Assembly (NCBI GenBank): GCA_963727825.1
Contig: CAVSHO010000001.1
Coordinates: forward strand, 256,001-320,000
Source: Ignavibacteriota bacterium
Lineage (GTDB): Bacteria; Bacteroidota; Ignavibacteria; UBA10030
Direction of reading: 5' to 3'
Length of the DNA stretch: 64,000 nt
The first letter of the stretch is position 1; every line of letters begins with the position of its first letter. The notes below the pieces were generated by a model. That model searched no databases, had not been told where the DNA came from, and saw only the letters and a list, made by a program, of their open reading frames with translations. Below, piece by piece: positions 1 through 11,047 of this stretch. A program made the translations under genes and the position numbers.

Positions 1-236
1 CGAATCCGTTTAATCCATCAACAACGATAGAATTCGGGTTACCAACTGCAAGCAATGTAACTTTGAAGGTATACAATATGCTCGGTGAAGAGGTTGCTAG
101 CATTGTGAACCAAGCAATGAATGCTGGATATCATACTGTTACTTTTGATGGTTCAAAATTCACAAGTGGTATGTATATCTATAGAATCACAGCTGGTAAC
201 TTCGTTCAAGTTAAGAAGATGATGATGTTGAAGTAA
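1..236 (+). CDS. 3' end of a T9SS type A sorting-domain (secreted) protein, partial
   Basis: Frame from nt 3 reads NPFNPSTTIEFGLPTASNVTLKVYNMLGEEV...SGMYIYRITAGNFVQVKKMMMLK*, a typical Por secretion C-terminal tail; absent from the ORF track. Confidence 0.92.
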   Translation, partial: NPFNPSTTIEFGLPTASNVTLKVYNMLGEEVASIVNQAMNAGYHTVTFDGSKFTSGMYIYRITAGNFVQVKKMMMLK

Positions 237-267
237 TATCTTCTAGCTTAGATGTAGTTGTAAAATT

Positions 268-301
268 GGCGATCCCGACGAAAGTTGGGATCGCCTTTTT
301 T
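268..301 (+). terminator. Rho-independent terminator
   Basis: GGCGATCCCGAC-GAAA-GTTGGGATCGCC hairpin followed by TTTTTT, downstream of the stop at 236. Confidence 0.9.
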
Positions 302-438
302 ATGTACAAAAAATGTCTGGTGAGTATACAAGTGATCAGGAAGAGAACGTCCCCGCGCTTGCTGTCTGCCTGGAAAAGAAGACTAATTCCGTCTAATCGC
401 ATTGATATTATCCCAAATTATTTATTAGCTTGTAGAGT

Positions 439-460
439 CCCCGCCTGCGTCGGGCAGGCG
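439..460. repeat. Short GCCTG...CAGGC palindromic mini-element
   Basis: CCCCGCCTGCGTCGGGCAGGCG; a related palindrome is inserted at 49628-49648. Confidence 0.6.
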
Positions 461-662
461 ATCACCAGATCGGACAATGATGTTAACATTGTTTCATCCA
501 GTCGGTGACTGGATTCTACACCAATTCGGTTATCGTTCACTATTCCCATATTTCTAATGAATGGTTTGGGATTACTGGTGAGGGAGATGAGATTAAGAAG
601 ATTATTGAACGACTAATTGTTTAAGACGAGGCGGTACTAAAATTCCTGAAAAAAAATATTTA

Positions 663-787
663 GTCATAGTTCCGATGCTTTTGGTTACAGATGAACTTCC
701 TGAGCTTGTCGAAAGCAAGTCGGGAGAAGTATCTGATTTATAAATCGCAAGAGAGATTCTTCAATCGTTGCACTCTTTCAGAATGAC
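663..787. repeat. Degenerate REP/REPIN-like composite
   Basis: Begins GTCAT, contains CTGAGCTTGTCGAA, and ends GAGATTCTTC...CAGAATGAC; the CTGAG..TTGTCGAA core is shared with the MITE copies. Confidence 0.5.
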
Positions 788-817
788 AAACCACATATTG
801 CGAGTTTTAAATTATTA

Positions 818-2821
818 CTACTCCGATTCTTTCCCTCTCATCGAATCCCACAGTGCATAAGAGAACAACAACACGAACATCACTAAACCAGCTATCTCAC
901 CGTTTGTTGATCCTGCCCAGAGCTCGTTATTCCAACTTGCATATCCAAACGACCATTGTTGGTCAATGAATTTTAAAAACGCGTTGAAGACACCAAACAG
1001 CGCGCCACCAGCAATGAAACCAGAAGCTATCAGTGTGCCGCGTTGTAATCGGGCGTTGTTCAATTTTTCATTCTTTGTTCTTGTCGAAACGAACCATGCA
1101 ATGAATCCTCCAAATAGCAGCGGCGTGTTTAATTCCTGCGGAATGTACATTCCAAGCGCAAATGCCAGCGGTGGGACTTTCAAAATCACAAGCAGCAAAG
1201 CAATAACCGCACCGACAATATAAAGCATCCAAGGTGTCGGAGCGTTTGACATCAACGGTTTGATGACTGCTGCCATTGCGTTTGCTTGAGGAGCAACCAT
1301 TGCTTTGTCACCTGTAAAGCCATAAGCTTGATTAAGCACAAGAATAACGCCGCCTACCGTTGCCGCAGAGACAAGAACTCCAAGAAATTTCCATGTTTCT
1401 TGCTTTTTTGGTGTAGAACCAATCCAGTAACCAATTTTTAGATCGGTAATGAATCCTCCGGCAACCGATAACGCCGTGCACACAACTCCACCAATGATGA
1501 GCGCGCTCACCATACCGGATGTTCCGCTCAAACCAATTTGTGTCAACACGAGAGAAGAAAGGATCAAAGTCATCAAAGTCATGCCGGAGACCGGATTTGT
1601 TCCGACGATAGCAGTAGCATTTGCTGCAACAGTCGTGAAAAGGAAAGAGATAATTGTTACTAATAATAATGCTGCAATTGCCTGTCCGACAGTAGGAAGA
1701 ACTCCAAGCACAAAAAATGCGAAGAGTGCAATTGCCGTCAGAAGAATCAATAGGACGACCCAAAGCATGCGAATATCGGTCTGTGTACGGATAGTTTTTT
1801 CTTCATTCTCAGAAGTGTGATGTGCGATTTCTTTGTAGGCAAGTGAGAATGCGCCGGCAATAATTTTTGAGGAACGAATAATGCCGATTATACCTGCCAT
1901 CGCGATGCCGCCGATGCCAATTTGCCGAACGTAGGTACGGAAAATTTCTTCCGGGCTCATTTGCGCGATAAGTTTTGTAGTTGCTGCGCCAAGTGGAACA
2001 GTGAGATACTGACCGACTTCATATACCAACGGTATCATCACAAACCATGAAAGAAACGAACCCGCTGCAATAATTGCCGCATACTTTAGTCCGACAATGT
2101 AGCCTAGTCCGAATACCATCGCGGAAATGTCTACTTTGAGCACCATCTTAAATTTGTTAGAGATCATGTCGCCCCAGCTGAACATACGAGAAGTTATAAC
2201 TTCCGACCATGCTCCGAAAGCACTGAAGACGAAATCAAATATTCCGCCGATAAGACCGCTGACAACAAGCACCATTGCTTGTTTGCCTCCTTGTTCGCCG
2301 GCAACTAGAATTTCTGTTGTCGCTGTTGCCTCAGGAAAAGGAAGCGTGCCGTGCATATCTTTTACAAAATATTTTCGGAACGGAATGAGAAAGAGAATAC
2401 CAAGAAATCCACCAAGAGCTGATGCCATAAACATCTGAAAATAGCTTGCCGGAAGAGCAAGAATATAAAGTGCAGGAATCGTAAAGATAGCCCCAGCCAC
2501 AATAACACCGGACGCAGCCCCAATGGATTGGATAATTACATTCTGACCGAGGCCATTATTTTTTTTAGCAACACCCGTTATACCGACGGCAAGAATTGCA
2601 ATTGGGATTGCCGCTTCAAACACTTGTCCGATTTTCAATCCGGAATAAGCTGCCGCAGCGGAAAAGAGAACAGCCATTACCAATCCCCACGTTACCGACC
2701 ACAATGTAACTTCGGGGTATGATCGTTCGGGTGCCATAATCGGTCGGTATTCTTCACCTGGCTTCAATTCTTTGTATGCATTTTCAGGAATGCTATTTTT
2801 TGTGGATGCCTGTTGATCCAT
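818..2821 (-). CDS. OPT family oligopeptide transporter
   Basis: 667 aa polytopic membrane protein with YSGLKIG, IPIAIL, LPFPEA, NPVSGM, DLKIGYW and APQA motifs; AAGGAG RBS. Confidence 0.93.
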   Translation of the reverse strand: MDQQASTKNSIPENAYKELKPGEEYRPIMAPERSYPEVTLWSVTWGLVMAVLFSAAAAYSGLKIGQVFEAAIPIAILAVGITGVAKKNNGLGQNVIIQSIGAASGVIVAGAIFTIPALYILALPASYFQMFMASALGGFLGILFLIPFRKYFVKDMHGTLPFPEATATTEILVAGEQGGKQAMVLVVSGLIGGIFDFVFSAFGAWSEVITSRMFSWGDMISNKFKMVLKVDISAMVFGLGYIVGLKYAAIIAAGSFLSWFVMIPLVYEVGQYLTVPLGAATTKLIAQMSPEEIFRTYVRQIGIGGIAMAGIIGIIRSSKIIAGAFSLAYKEIAHHTSENEEKTIRTQTDIRMLWVVLLILLTAIALFAFFVLGVLPTVGQAIAALLLVTIISFLFTTVAANATAIVGTNPVSGMTLMTLILSSLVLTQIGLSGTSGMVSALIIGGVVCTALSVAGGFITDLKIGYWIGSTPKKQETWKFLGVLVSAATVGGVILVLNQAYGFTGDKAMVAPQANAMAAVIKPLMSNAPTPWMLYIVGAVIALLLVILKVPPLAFALGMYIPQELNTPLLFGGFIAWFVSTRTKNEKLNNARLQRGTLIASGFIAGGALFGVFNAFLKFIDQQWSFGYASWNNELWAGSTNGEIAGLVMFVLLFSYALWDSMRGKESE

Positions 2822-2865
2822 AGTGACTCCTTTTATTAGCCCTTAGCTCTTGCTCTTTATACTTT

Positions 2866-4101
2866 TTACTTGGAATGCTCTGCCCAAATCTGCACTAAAT
2901 TCAATACGGTTTCCACGGATTTTTCCATGCCCCATACATTTACCCATTCTGTGCGGCTATGGTAGTTTGCTCCGCCGGTGAATATATTTGGCGTTGGCAA
3001 GCCATTCTCCGTCAGGCGCGATCCATCTGTGCCGCCGCGGATTGGCGTCCACTCTGGTTGCAAACCGGATCGTTTCGTCGCTTCGAATAAATAATCGATT
3101 ACGCGGGTATCTTTTTCTAATCCTTCGCGCATATTACGGTACTGTTCTGTAATCTGTACTTCGATTTTTGCTTTCGGATACATTGACTGAACTTCTGTAA
3201 CGATTTTTTCCACAATCTTTTTTAGAGCATTCAATCCATCCGTTTTGAAATCACGAAAAAGAATTTTTACTGTTGATTTGCCAACGCCGCCTTCGAGCAC
3301 ATACGGATGAATATACGGTTCGTATCCGTCCGTCGTTTCCGGTGCCATATTCTTTGGCAGCCGTGCAATAATATCGGAGATGACACGGACAGAATTAATC
3401 ATAATATCTTTCGCACTGCCGGGATGAATATCTCGGCCATGCACAGTGATGAGACAGGAATTTGCGCTAAAAGTTTCCTTGTTCAACTCACCAGGTGTGT
3501 CTCCGTCTATTGTATAGGCAAATTGAGCGCCGAACTTCTTAATGTCGAAGAATTTTGTACCTTCACCGACTTCTTCATCCGGAGTAAAACCAATTTTAAT
3601 TTCACCATGACTAAATTTTGGATTATTGATCAACGATTGAATAGCGGTCATAATAATAGCAAGACCGGCTTTGTCGTCAGCACCGAGGAGTGTAGAACCG
3701 TCGCTAGTGACAATCATTTTACCGAGTGCGGTTTTAAGCGCAGGATTTTCTGATTCGCGTATGATGGCAGTTGGATCGCCGGATAAAATTATATCACCGC
3801 CTTTATAATTTGTGATGATTTGCGGTTTTACGTTTGCCCCGCTAACTTCCGGCGATGTATCCACGTGCGCTATAAATCCGATAGCGGGTACATTCCATTG
3901 AACATTTGCCGGAATTGTAGCCATCACGTATCCATACTCGTCTATATTGACTTTCTGAACACCAAGCTCTTTTAGTTCTTTCACTAGCAGGTTTAGCAGA
4001 TCGAGTTGCTTTGCGGTGCTGGGATAGGACTCAGAATCTTCTTTTGATTGCGTGTCAATTACAACATAGCGGAGAAATTTGTCGAGAACAGTTTCAGCCA
4101 T
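2866..4101 (-). CDS. pepT: Peptidase T (tripeptidase, M20B)
   Basis: AHVDTS, LLGADDKAG, FTPDEEVG, HPG.AK and IRGGTDG motifs. Confidence 0.95.
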   Translation of the reverse strand: MAETVLDKFLRYVVIDTQSKEDSESYPSTAKQLDLLNLLVKELKELGVQKVNIDEYGYVMATIPANVQWNVPAIGFIAHVDTSPEVSGANVKPQIITNYKGGDIILSGDPTAIIRESENPALKTALGKMIVTSDGSTLLGADDKAGLAIIMTAIQSLINNPKFSHGEIKIGFTPDEEVGEGTKFFDIKKFGAQFAYTIDGDTPGELNKETFSANSCLITVHGRDIHPGSAKDIMINSVRVISDIIARLPKNMAPETTDGYEPYIHPYVLEGGVGKSTVKILFRDFKTDGLNALKKIVEKIVTEVQSMYPKAKIEVQITEQYRNMREGLEKDTRVIDYLFEATKRSGLQPEWTPIRGGTDGSRLTENGLPTPNIFTGGANYHSRTEWVNVWGMEKSVETVLNLVQIWAEHSK

Positions 4102-4321
4102 AACGTACTCCTCTCATAATAGGAAAGTAAATTGGGCAGAATAGGATTCTGTCCAACAAGGAAACTTATTTGATAAGATAGAAATAAGGCATCATAAAAG
4201 CAGTAGTAAAAATTGAAATCTCAAAAATACTCTTGCACTGAAATGGAAATGTTCTTATTGTACAAGAGCAATTTCTTGAGACAATACCGAGTTTTTCATT
4301 ACCAAGGGGAGGGGATTTTCC

Positions 4322-6541
4322 ATGCAATTGCGAACACTTTTATTTCTGATATTAATTCAGACAACATCCATCTTTGCACAAATCACTACGTTCCCATATT
4401 CAGAAAATTTCGACAGCATTATGGCTCCGAGTTTTCCAGCAGGATGGAGCGCTACCGGTTTTTCTGTTAGTGCATCCACGGCGCAATCTTCTCCTAACTG
4501 TGTCTCCGCAACCGGCAATACTGCAATTAAGCAACTCACTTCACAAGTAATCAATTTCACAAATAAAATTCCAGACAAGTTGCAATATTATGAACGCCGC
4601 TCAAATTCAGCTGTCGATTATAGATTAGAACTCCGGGCGTCAATAGATGGGTCAAACTTCAATATTTTGTTAGCTCGATTCGATACGATTTCCACGACAA
4701 CAAATTATGTCCAACGGATTGTATCTTTAGATGAAACCGGATTGCAGCAACAAACGAACGTCCGATTTCGCTGGCAGTTGCTTGGCGATAATACGAATAC
4801 GACTGGTGTTCTCCGGATCGATGGTGTGACGCTTACAGTTTCGACTGGGTTTGATGTCGGAAATGCGAAAGGCGATATGCTGATAAATGAAATTATGTAT
4901 TATCCGATTGGCGACGAACCGGAATGGGTGGAATTATATAACGCTTCATCGGATACGATCAATTTAAAAAATTGGAAAATATCCGACAGCAACATTTCTA
5001 CGAAATCAATCATTACACAAACAGATGTACTGGTTCCGCCTAGTTCATTTTTAGTAATTGCAAAGGATAATGTCTTCGCCTCATGCCATTCCGGGGTTCC
5101 ATTCGTCATAGCAAACTTTTCTGCGCTAAATAATTCTACGTCTGACGCTGTTGTTATTTATGACACGAGATTGAACTCAATTGATAGTGTAATGTATTCG
5201 CCATCTTGGGGCGGGCAGAATGGAAAATCATTGGAACGCATTGATATAGAAATGCCAAGCACTTCAATGAAAAACTGGGGAACATCGCAAGATTCTCTCG
5301 GCAGTACGCCGGGAAAGAAAAACAGTATTGCTCGGTTAGATTACGATTTGGCTATCAGCAATCTGATGGAAATCCAAACTATGGTCGGTGGAAAAGTTGT
5401 TCCATTGGTAAATGTCAGCGTTCAAAACATCGGCAGACGAACTGTGGATAGCGTTTCCGTCAGTTTTTATTCTGATGTAAATCGCAATGCAGTTCCAGAG
5501 ACATCGGAACTTGTGGGTACTGTTATATCTGCGCAGCCATTAGTTGCGAACGATTCAATTCTTCTTTCTGAATCATTTCCTCAGCTTGGTTCCGGTGTTG
5601 CCACTCTCATTGTTGTCGTCGATTGTTGGCGCGATGATAATTTGCGAAATAATAGTTCTTCGGTTTCTGTAAATATCAATTACGAACCACGCTCATTCGT
5701 AATTAATGAAATCATGTACGATCCATTATATGGTCAGAATGAATGGTTTGAACTCTACAACCGGAGTAGTGAACCTATCAATCTTGCGCACTGGAATTTC
5801 AATGATATGCCTACTTTAAGTAGTGTAAATTCATTTGAGATATCGAAAGAGCCGTTCGTAGTCGAATCCGGTGGATATGCGATTGTCGCAGCTGATTCTA
5901 CTATATTTCAATTATTCCCAAGTTTATCACAGTCAGATTCTACTATTCATATCCGTATTCTAAATCATTCAAGCGGATTTAGTTTCAATAACGATGGAGA
6001 TGCTGTGGTATTAAAAGATGTTACCGGCCTAACAATTGACAGTGTCGCATACTTACCAAGCTGGCATCATCCTGATATTGTTGACACTAAGGGACGTTCG
6101 CTAGAGCGTATCAATCCGAATATCGACTCGAACGATCCACGCAATTGGAGCACATGCACAAATATTCTTGGAGGCACGCCAGGGAAAGCGAACAGCATCG
6201 TTACGACAAGCACAAAAAGCAACTCGATGATTTCCATCTCACCCAATCCATTCTCGCCGGATGGTGATGGCTTCGAAGATTTCTGCATCATTCGATACAA
6301 TCTTCCCCTGATGACATCTACATTGAATATAAGAATTTACGATATCAAAGGAAGGCTTGTTCGGACATTGGCGAATGGTGAGCTTGCAGGCACACAAGGG
6401 GAAATTGTTTGGGATGGCATTGGCGACAACAAGCAGCGCGCGCGGATTGGTGTGTATGTCATATTTCTTGAGGCAACAGACCGATCAAGCGGTAAAGTTG
6501 TGACAGCGAAAGCAGTAGCAGTTGTGGCGGCGAAACTATAA
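4322..6541 (+). CDS. Secreted lamin-tail-domain protein (2x LTD, CARDB-like, C-terminal FlgD-Ig/T9SS-like tail)
   Basis: Signal peptide; two INEIMY..EW.ELYN...SLERI...GTPG repeats; PNPFSPDGDG..WDG tail. Confidence 0.85.
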   Translation: MQLRTLLFLILIQTTSIFAQITTFPYSENFDSIMAPSFPAGWSATGFSVSASTAQSSPNCVSATGNTAIKQLTSQVINFTNKIPDKLQYYERRSNSAVDYRLELRASIDGSNFNILLARFDTISTTTNYVQRIVSLDETGLQQQTNVRFRWQLLGDNTNTTGVLRIDGVTLTVSTGFDVGNAKGDMLINEIMYYPIGDEPEWVELYNASSDTINLKNWKISDSNISTKSIITQTDVLVPPSSFLVIAKDNVFASCHSGVPFVIANFSALNNSTSDAVVIYDTRLNSIDSVMYSPSWGGQNGKSLERIDIEMPSTSMKNWGTSQDSLGSTPGKKNSIARLDYDLAISNLMEIQTMVGGKVVPLVNVSVQNIGRRTVDSVSVSFYSDVNRNAVPETSELVGTVISAQPLVANDSILLSESFPQLGSGVATLIVVVDCWRDDNLRNNSSSVSVNINYEPRSFVINEIMYDPLYGQNEWFELYNRSSEPINLAHWNFNDMPTLSSVNSFEISKEPFVVESGGYAIVAADSTIFQLFPSLSQSDSTIHIRILNHSSGFSFNNDGDAVVLKDVTGLTIDSVAYLPSWHHPDIVDTKGRSLERINPNIDSNDPRNWSTCTNILGGTPGKANSIVTTSTKSNSMISISPNPFSPDGDGFEDFCIIRYNLPLMTSTLNIRIYDIKGRLVRTLANGELAGTQGEIVWDGIGDNKQRARIGVYVIFLEATDRSSGKVVTAKAVAVVAAKL

Positions 6542-6739
6542 CCGAAATAATAGTCTCTTTTATTTGTAAATTATTGACAGCATAAATGTTTTTAGCAATG
6601 ATGAAGTGTTATCTGTATAAATGGATTATTCATCAATAATTCTATAATATAAAGGCATATAATTTTAGAAATTGTATTGTGCTGCTGGAAGTATTATAAG
6701 AAGAAAAATTCATTCTATTAAATCTCTGAAGGTAATTAA

Positions 6740-8665
6740 ATGAACTCAAGATATCATGAGCAATTCACTAATAATTTGAAGAATCATCCCAAGTTACTTC
6801 CTCAAACAATGAAATGGCATAAGGTACTTCATATTGCTATTATATTTTTATGCATGCCCTTCAATTCGTTGATTGTGATGGCGCAACCCTCTGGTGGTCC
6901 TTATGGTCCTATTCGGCATAACTATGATTTACCAAAAGGAACAGGTAAAGTCTTTTATGTAGCACCCGATGCAAAAGCAGAAGAATCAGGTGAAACACTT
7001 GCTCAACCCACAACGATAGAATCAGCCATTGAACAGGTGCAGACTGGTGATGTTATTGTGATGCGAGGAGGCACCTATCGTACTGGTAACTTAATATTAA
7101 ATCAAGGAATCACTTTACAGCCTTATGCTGACGAACAGCCTGTTTTAAAGGGAACTTTTATTGCAACGGAATGGAAAAACTTAGGAAATGGATTATGGAA
7201 GACCTCATGGTCTCATTTATTTCCTGCCAAGCCTGATAACTGGTGGTCACGTGATAAGTTTGGAAAGGAGACACCGTTATGCCGTTTCAATAATGACATG
7301 GTGTTTGTGGATGGTAAGTTTCTTCAAGCAGTCAGCCGCGAAGGAGAAGTTGATGAGAATTCATATTATATCGACTACGATGGCGGATATGTTTACATTG
7401 GTACTGATCCTACAATGCAATTAGTGGAAATCACAGCTTTTGATGTAGCGATAAAAAGAACAACAGGGAAATGCCATGGTAAAACCTCAGACCATAAAGG
7501 GCCTGTAATTAAGGGAATTACATTCACACAATATGCCTATCGTGCGATTGAGATTGAAGGAACAGAACCGGTCTGTGTATCTAATGAATCAGATCATGGC
7601 AAAGAAGTAGTAGGTACGACGTTGGAACATTGTACTATTTCTTTCTGTTCCAGGGTCGCCGGCTATTTTAGGGGGGATAAATTAACTCTCAGATATTGCA
7701 AGGTGAGTGATACAAGTACTGAGGGTATCTACATAATAGGTTCCTCCGATGTTCTTCTGGAAAAAAACATCTTCACTCGCAACAATATCGAAAGAATTGC
7801 CGGGTATTATCCGGCAGCAGTGAAAATCTTTAATCAATGTTATCGTGTTACTTGCCAGGATAATTTAGTCATAGATCTTCCAAATTCAAACGGTATTTGG
7901 TATGATGTAGGCAATGTTGACGGCCATTTTCTTAACAATTGGATTGAAGGAGTAGGGAACGTTGATAGGGAATTTTTAAATAAAAGGCCTTATCCGAGTG
8001 ATAATGGATTCTTTTTTGAAATATCCAAAGGTGCAGTGTGCGCCGGAAATGTGTTTGTCAATTGTGATCAGGGTATTTTCATCCTGAACAGTTCGAATGT
8101 TCAAATATATCAGAACACATTCGTAAATAGTACGGTCTGCATCGGACGCAACGGAAGGAGTCCTGCAAATGATGGGACATTCGGCTGGCATTCCGGTACC
8201 GGTCCGGACGTTCATAAACGTGGCGGACATGTGTTTGTAAACAACCTGCTTACTGGAGATAAAAATTATCACAGACCACTGATGTTGGTTTCACAGCCGG
8301 ATTCATTGAGCAAGTTATTCGACGAGGTACAGCTGAAACAATTCGATTACAATACCTTTGTACAGCACTCAGATAAAGATACTAGGCCGTTCTTATTGTG
8401 GACTCCCGCGATTGACAAAGACTGTCAAATAGCTTTTAAATCGCCGAAGGATTTGCAGAAAATGTATCCGGAATTTTTAGCCCACAGTCAATATATCTCC
8501 GATGACATACCTTTATTTAAAAGTCGCGAATTAGGTAATTATCAATTATTACATACATTTCCGGGGAATAAAATAGCATCACCGTTACCAGTTGAAATCA
8601 AAAGGCTTCTCGGCATTTCCCAAAAGGATATCATGTTTATTGGAGCTTTCCCTCCACTTCCCTGA
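6740..8665 (+). CDS. Right-handed parallel beta-helix (pectin-lyase-like) secreted protein
   Basis: FYVAPD, TIESAI, IVMRGGTY and GIWYD motifs with Asn-ladder repeats; the true start may lie slightly downstream. Confidence 0.8.
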   Translation: MNSRYHEQFTNNLKNHPKLLPQTMKWHKVLHIAIIFLCMPFNSLIVMAQPSGGPYGPIRHNYDLPKGTGKVFYVAPDAKAEESGETLAQPTTIESAIEQVQTGDVIVMRGGTYRTGNLILNQGITLQPYADEQPVLKGTFIATEWKNLGNGLWKTSWSHLFPAKPDNWWSRDKFGKETPLCRFNNDMVFVDGKFLQAVSREGEVDENSYYIDYDGGYVYIGTDPTMQLVEITAFDVAIKRTTGKCHGKTSDHKGPVIKGITFTQYAYRAIEIEGTEPVCVSNESDHGKEVVGTTLEHCTISFCSRVAGYFRGDKLTLRYCKVSDTSTEGIYIIGSSDVLLEKNIFTRNNIERIAGYYPAAVKIFNQCYRVTCQDNLVIDLPNSNGIWYDVGNVDGHFLNNWIEGVGNVDREFLNKRPYPSDNGFFFEISKGAVCAGNVFVNCDQGIFILNSSNVQIYQNTFVNSTVCIGRNGRSPANDGTFGWHSGTGPDVHKRGGHVFVNNLLTGDKNYHRPLMLVSQPDSLSKLFDEVQLKQFDYNTFVQHSDKDTRPFLLWTPAIDKDCQIAFKSPKDLQKMYPEFLAHSQYISDDIPLFKSRELGNYQLLHTFPGNKIASPLPVEIKRLLGISQKDIMFIGAFPPLP

Positions 8666-8758
8666 AATTTTGGGATAGACGAATTGTGTTAATTTAGTAG
8701 AATATCAAAATCTATTTCGCAAATTTAGAAAACAATTTTGAATATTGAATTACAAGTT

Positions 8759-10210
8759 TTATTTAGCATTAATCATCTTATAGTTTTCCGTTGCTGATTG
8801 CTTATCGCTTTTAGTTTCTAATTTTCCCAATCCCCACCAGAACAATGCCATAAATAATCCTGGGTACATCGGTTCAACTCCAAACCAATAAGATGGTATG
8901 CCGCTATGTGCGTAGATATGACCGGATATAAGACTTGCTGTTGAAATAAAACAGCCGTTCACCATAGCTCCAAAAGCATATACCGAAGAAATCTTTAATC
9001 GGTCGAAGTAGCATGCTAACACTGGTACCAATAATCCGGGAATTATACAGGTACCGATTGTGTACCAAATGCTTACTACAGAAGGTACAATAATTGCAAG
9101 CAAAACAGAGAACAATGCTGAAAACACAAGTCCAATTTTTGTCCAACGTTGAACAATATCGGAATCATGAGCGGCGTTTTTCCATCTTCCTACAATATCT
9201 TTCCCAACGGTGATCGCAGAAATCAATGTGAGACTGCTAAGCGTGGACATAATAGTTGCGAGCATACCGATATAAAACATTCCTTTCGCAATCGATGGCA
9301 GCGTTATTTCAGCAAGAAGTGGATAGGAGTACATAGGCTGTGCCAGAAGTGGCAGCGAAGCACGTGCATATAGTCCGGCAACACTTGTCATAAAGTCGAA
9401 GATAAACCAGAATATAATAGAAACAAGAATACCACGCTGTGCCGTTTTGCCGTCTTTTGCTGCATAGCATCGTTGATGAAATGCCGGGTCGACAAGTGTC
9501 CACAACGCAATAAAGAACCAGACGGCAATAAATTCCATACTGTTCCCGCCATGCCAAGTAAGATGCAATGGTGGAACGTGTGTACGTATAAAATCTAATC
9601 CACCGAATTTTGAGTATGAGAAAATCACAACTAGAGCAAAACCAAGAAACATCATCACAAATTCAAATACATTCGCCCATACATCAGAGCGAAAACCGCC
9701 TTTATAAAGATAGACAACGGTCAGAAAAGTAGTGATGATGATACAAAGCGTGAGATTGAGCCCAAAAATAAGCTGTGCAAGAATTCCCAGCATTAGCACA
9801 TACGCAGCCGGAGTAACGAGAAAAAATGTTAGAACGCCGCCTGCGATGGCAGTGCGTTTGTCGTACGCCTGCTCAAGTTTATCGGGGATTGTAAAAAGAT
9901 TTGTTGCGCGGACTTTTTTTGCAAGGAACAAAGCAAAGACAAGTGCAAAAATATAGTACGGAACTCCGAACACAACCCAATTAGAAATACCAAACCTATA
10001 GGAATATTCTCCGACGCCGAGAATTCCGCCGTACCATGTCGAAACAAGTGTGGCGACAAAAATTGGAAGTGTTAGTGTGCGGCCAGCCAGCAGAAAATCT
10101 TCTCCACTGGATTTTCGTTTCCGCGCAACGCGAAATCCGATGAAGACGACAGCTGCGAAATAGGCAACAATCAGTGCAATATCGATGAGTGAAAGATGAA
10201 CTTTGATCAT
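8759..10210 (-). CDS. Sodium:solute symporter (candidate thiamine/precursor transporter)
   Basis: SSS motifs FLLAGR, GG.RSDV, QRCYAAK and ATIMST; lies downstream of thiN. Confidence 0.85.
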   Translation of the reverse strand: MIKVHLSLIDIALIVAYFAAVVFIGFRVARKRKSSGEDFLLAGRTLTLPIFVATLVSTWYGGILGVGEYSYRFGISNWVVFGVPYYIFALVFALFLAKKVRATNLFTIPDKLEQAYDKRTAIAGGVLTFFLVTPAAYVLMLGILAQLIFGLNLTLCIIITTFLTVVYLYKGGFRSDVWANVFEFVMMFLGFALVVIFSYSKFGGLDFIRTHVPPLHLTWHGGNSMEFIAVWFFIALWTLVDPAFHQRCYAAKDGKTAQRGILVSIIFWFIFDFMTSVAGLYARASLPLLAQPMYSYPLLAEITLPSIAKGMFYIGMLATIMSTLSSLTLISAITVGKDIVGRWKNAAHDSDIVQRWTKIGLVFSALFSVLLAIIVPSVVSIWYTIGTCIIPGLLVPVLACYFDRLKISSVYAFGAMVNGCFISTASLISGHIYAHSGIPSYWFGVEPMYPGLFMALFWWGLGKLETKSDKQSATENYKMINAK

Positions 10211-10237
10211 AGCTGTTAGAAGTTTAGGTATAAGGTT

Positions 10238-10864
10238 TTAGTTATTAGTTACAATAAAAGCTATAAGGCTGCCTTTTTTGACTTTAATATTCACAGGAGA
10301 AGAGACAACGACATTGCTTGTACTCTCACGAATACCAAGCTCAAGAGCTTCATTCTTCAGATTCCATTTCAACCCTTTTGTTACGATTCCAGTGCATCGA
10401 GAAAGCGGCAAAAGTGAAATGATTGTGCCTATGGGAAGGCTGAATTCTAATGAATGATTGACTGCAATAAATGTCCCTATGTTATCAATAAAAGTAATAT
10501 GTGCTTTACGTGAGAATTTTGCGAGTGCACTCAAATTTCCAATTGCGTGATCGAGCCGTCCACCTGTTGCTCCAAGCACAACTATTTCACTATTTTTTTC
10601 CCGAATGGCCGCTATTAGCGCTTTTTCCAAATCCGTAGAATTTTGGTCCTTCAGCTTCCTTACATTGGCATTGCTGAAGACGGCAAGTGATTCCTTTTCT
10701 ATGGAATCAAGGTCGCCGATGATAAGATCAGGAGCATAACCGAAACGTGCGGCTGTATTTGCCCCTCCATCAGCACAAATGAACCAATCGGCAGATGTGA
10801 AAAATTTTTGAAAGAGCCGTTTGCTCGGCGGTTTTCCATTAGCAAGAATCAGTGCGTGAGTCAT
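10238..10864 (-). CDS. thiN: Thiamine diphosphokinase
   Basis: ICADGGAN, IGDLDS, DQNSTDLEKAL, GGRLDH, GLKWNL and STSN; the ATG at 10864 (MTHALILANG) is preferred over the TTG at 10894. Confidence 0.93.
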   Translation of the reverse strand: MTHALILANGKPPSKRLFQKFFTSADWFICADGGANTAARFGYAPDLIIGDLDSIEKESLAVFSNANVRKLKDQNSTDLEKALIAAIREKNSEIVVLGATGGRLDHAIGNLSALAKFSRKAHITFIDNIGTFIAVNHSLEFSLPIGTIISLLPLSRCTGIVTKGLKWNLKNEALELGIRESTSNVVVSSPVNIKVKKGSLIAFIVTNN

Positions 10865-10986
10865 AAATAAAACCCTAGAATACTTTGAATCCAACTCTAA
10901 TCGACCATCTGCCCCGGGATCATTACGTCCACGAATTAATTAAACAATACTCATTGTGCATAACCTTGTGAGATATGCTTGTGGTT

Positions 10987-11015
10987 AATTTACGATTTTA
11001 CGTTGAACGATGCAA
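10987..11015 (-). promoter_or_regulatory. Sigma70-type promoter internal to the thiamine locus (upstream of thiN)
   Basis: Minus strand TTGCAT-17 nt-TAAATT, the same pattern as other promoters in the window. Confidence 0.55.
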
Positions 11016-11047
11016 AAAGGTAGATAATATTATTATTTCTTGAGCCT

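Noticed and set aside
305-660. Possible decayed gene between the terminator and the REP-like region
   Set aside because: Only short open stretches with no recognisable motif in any frame.
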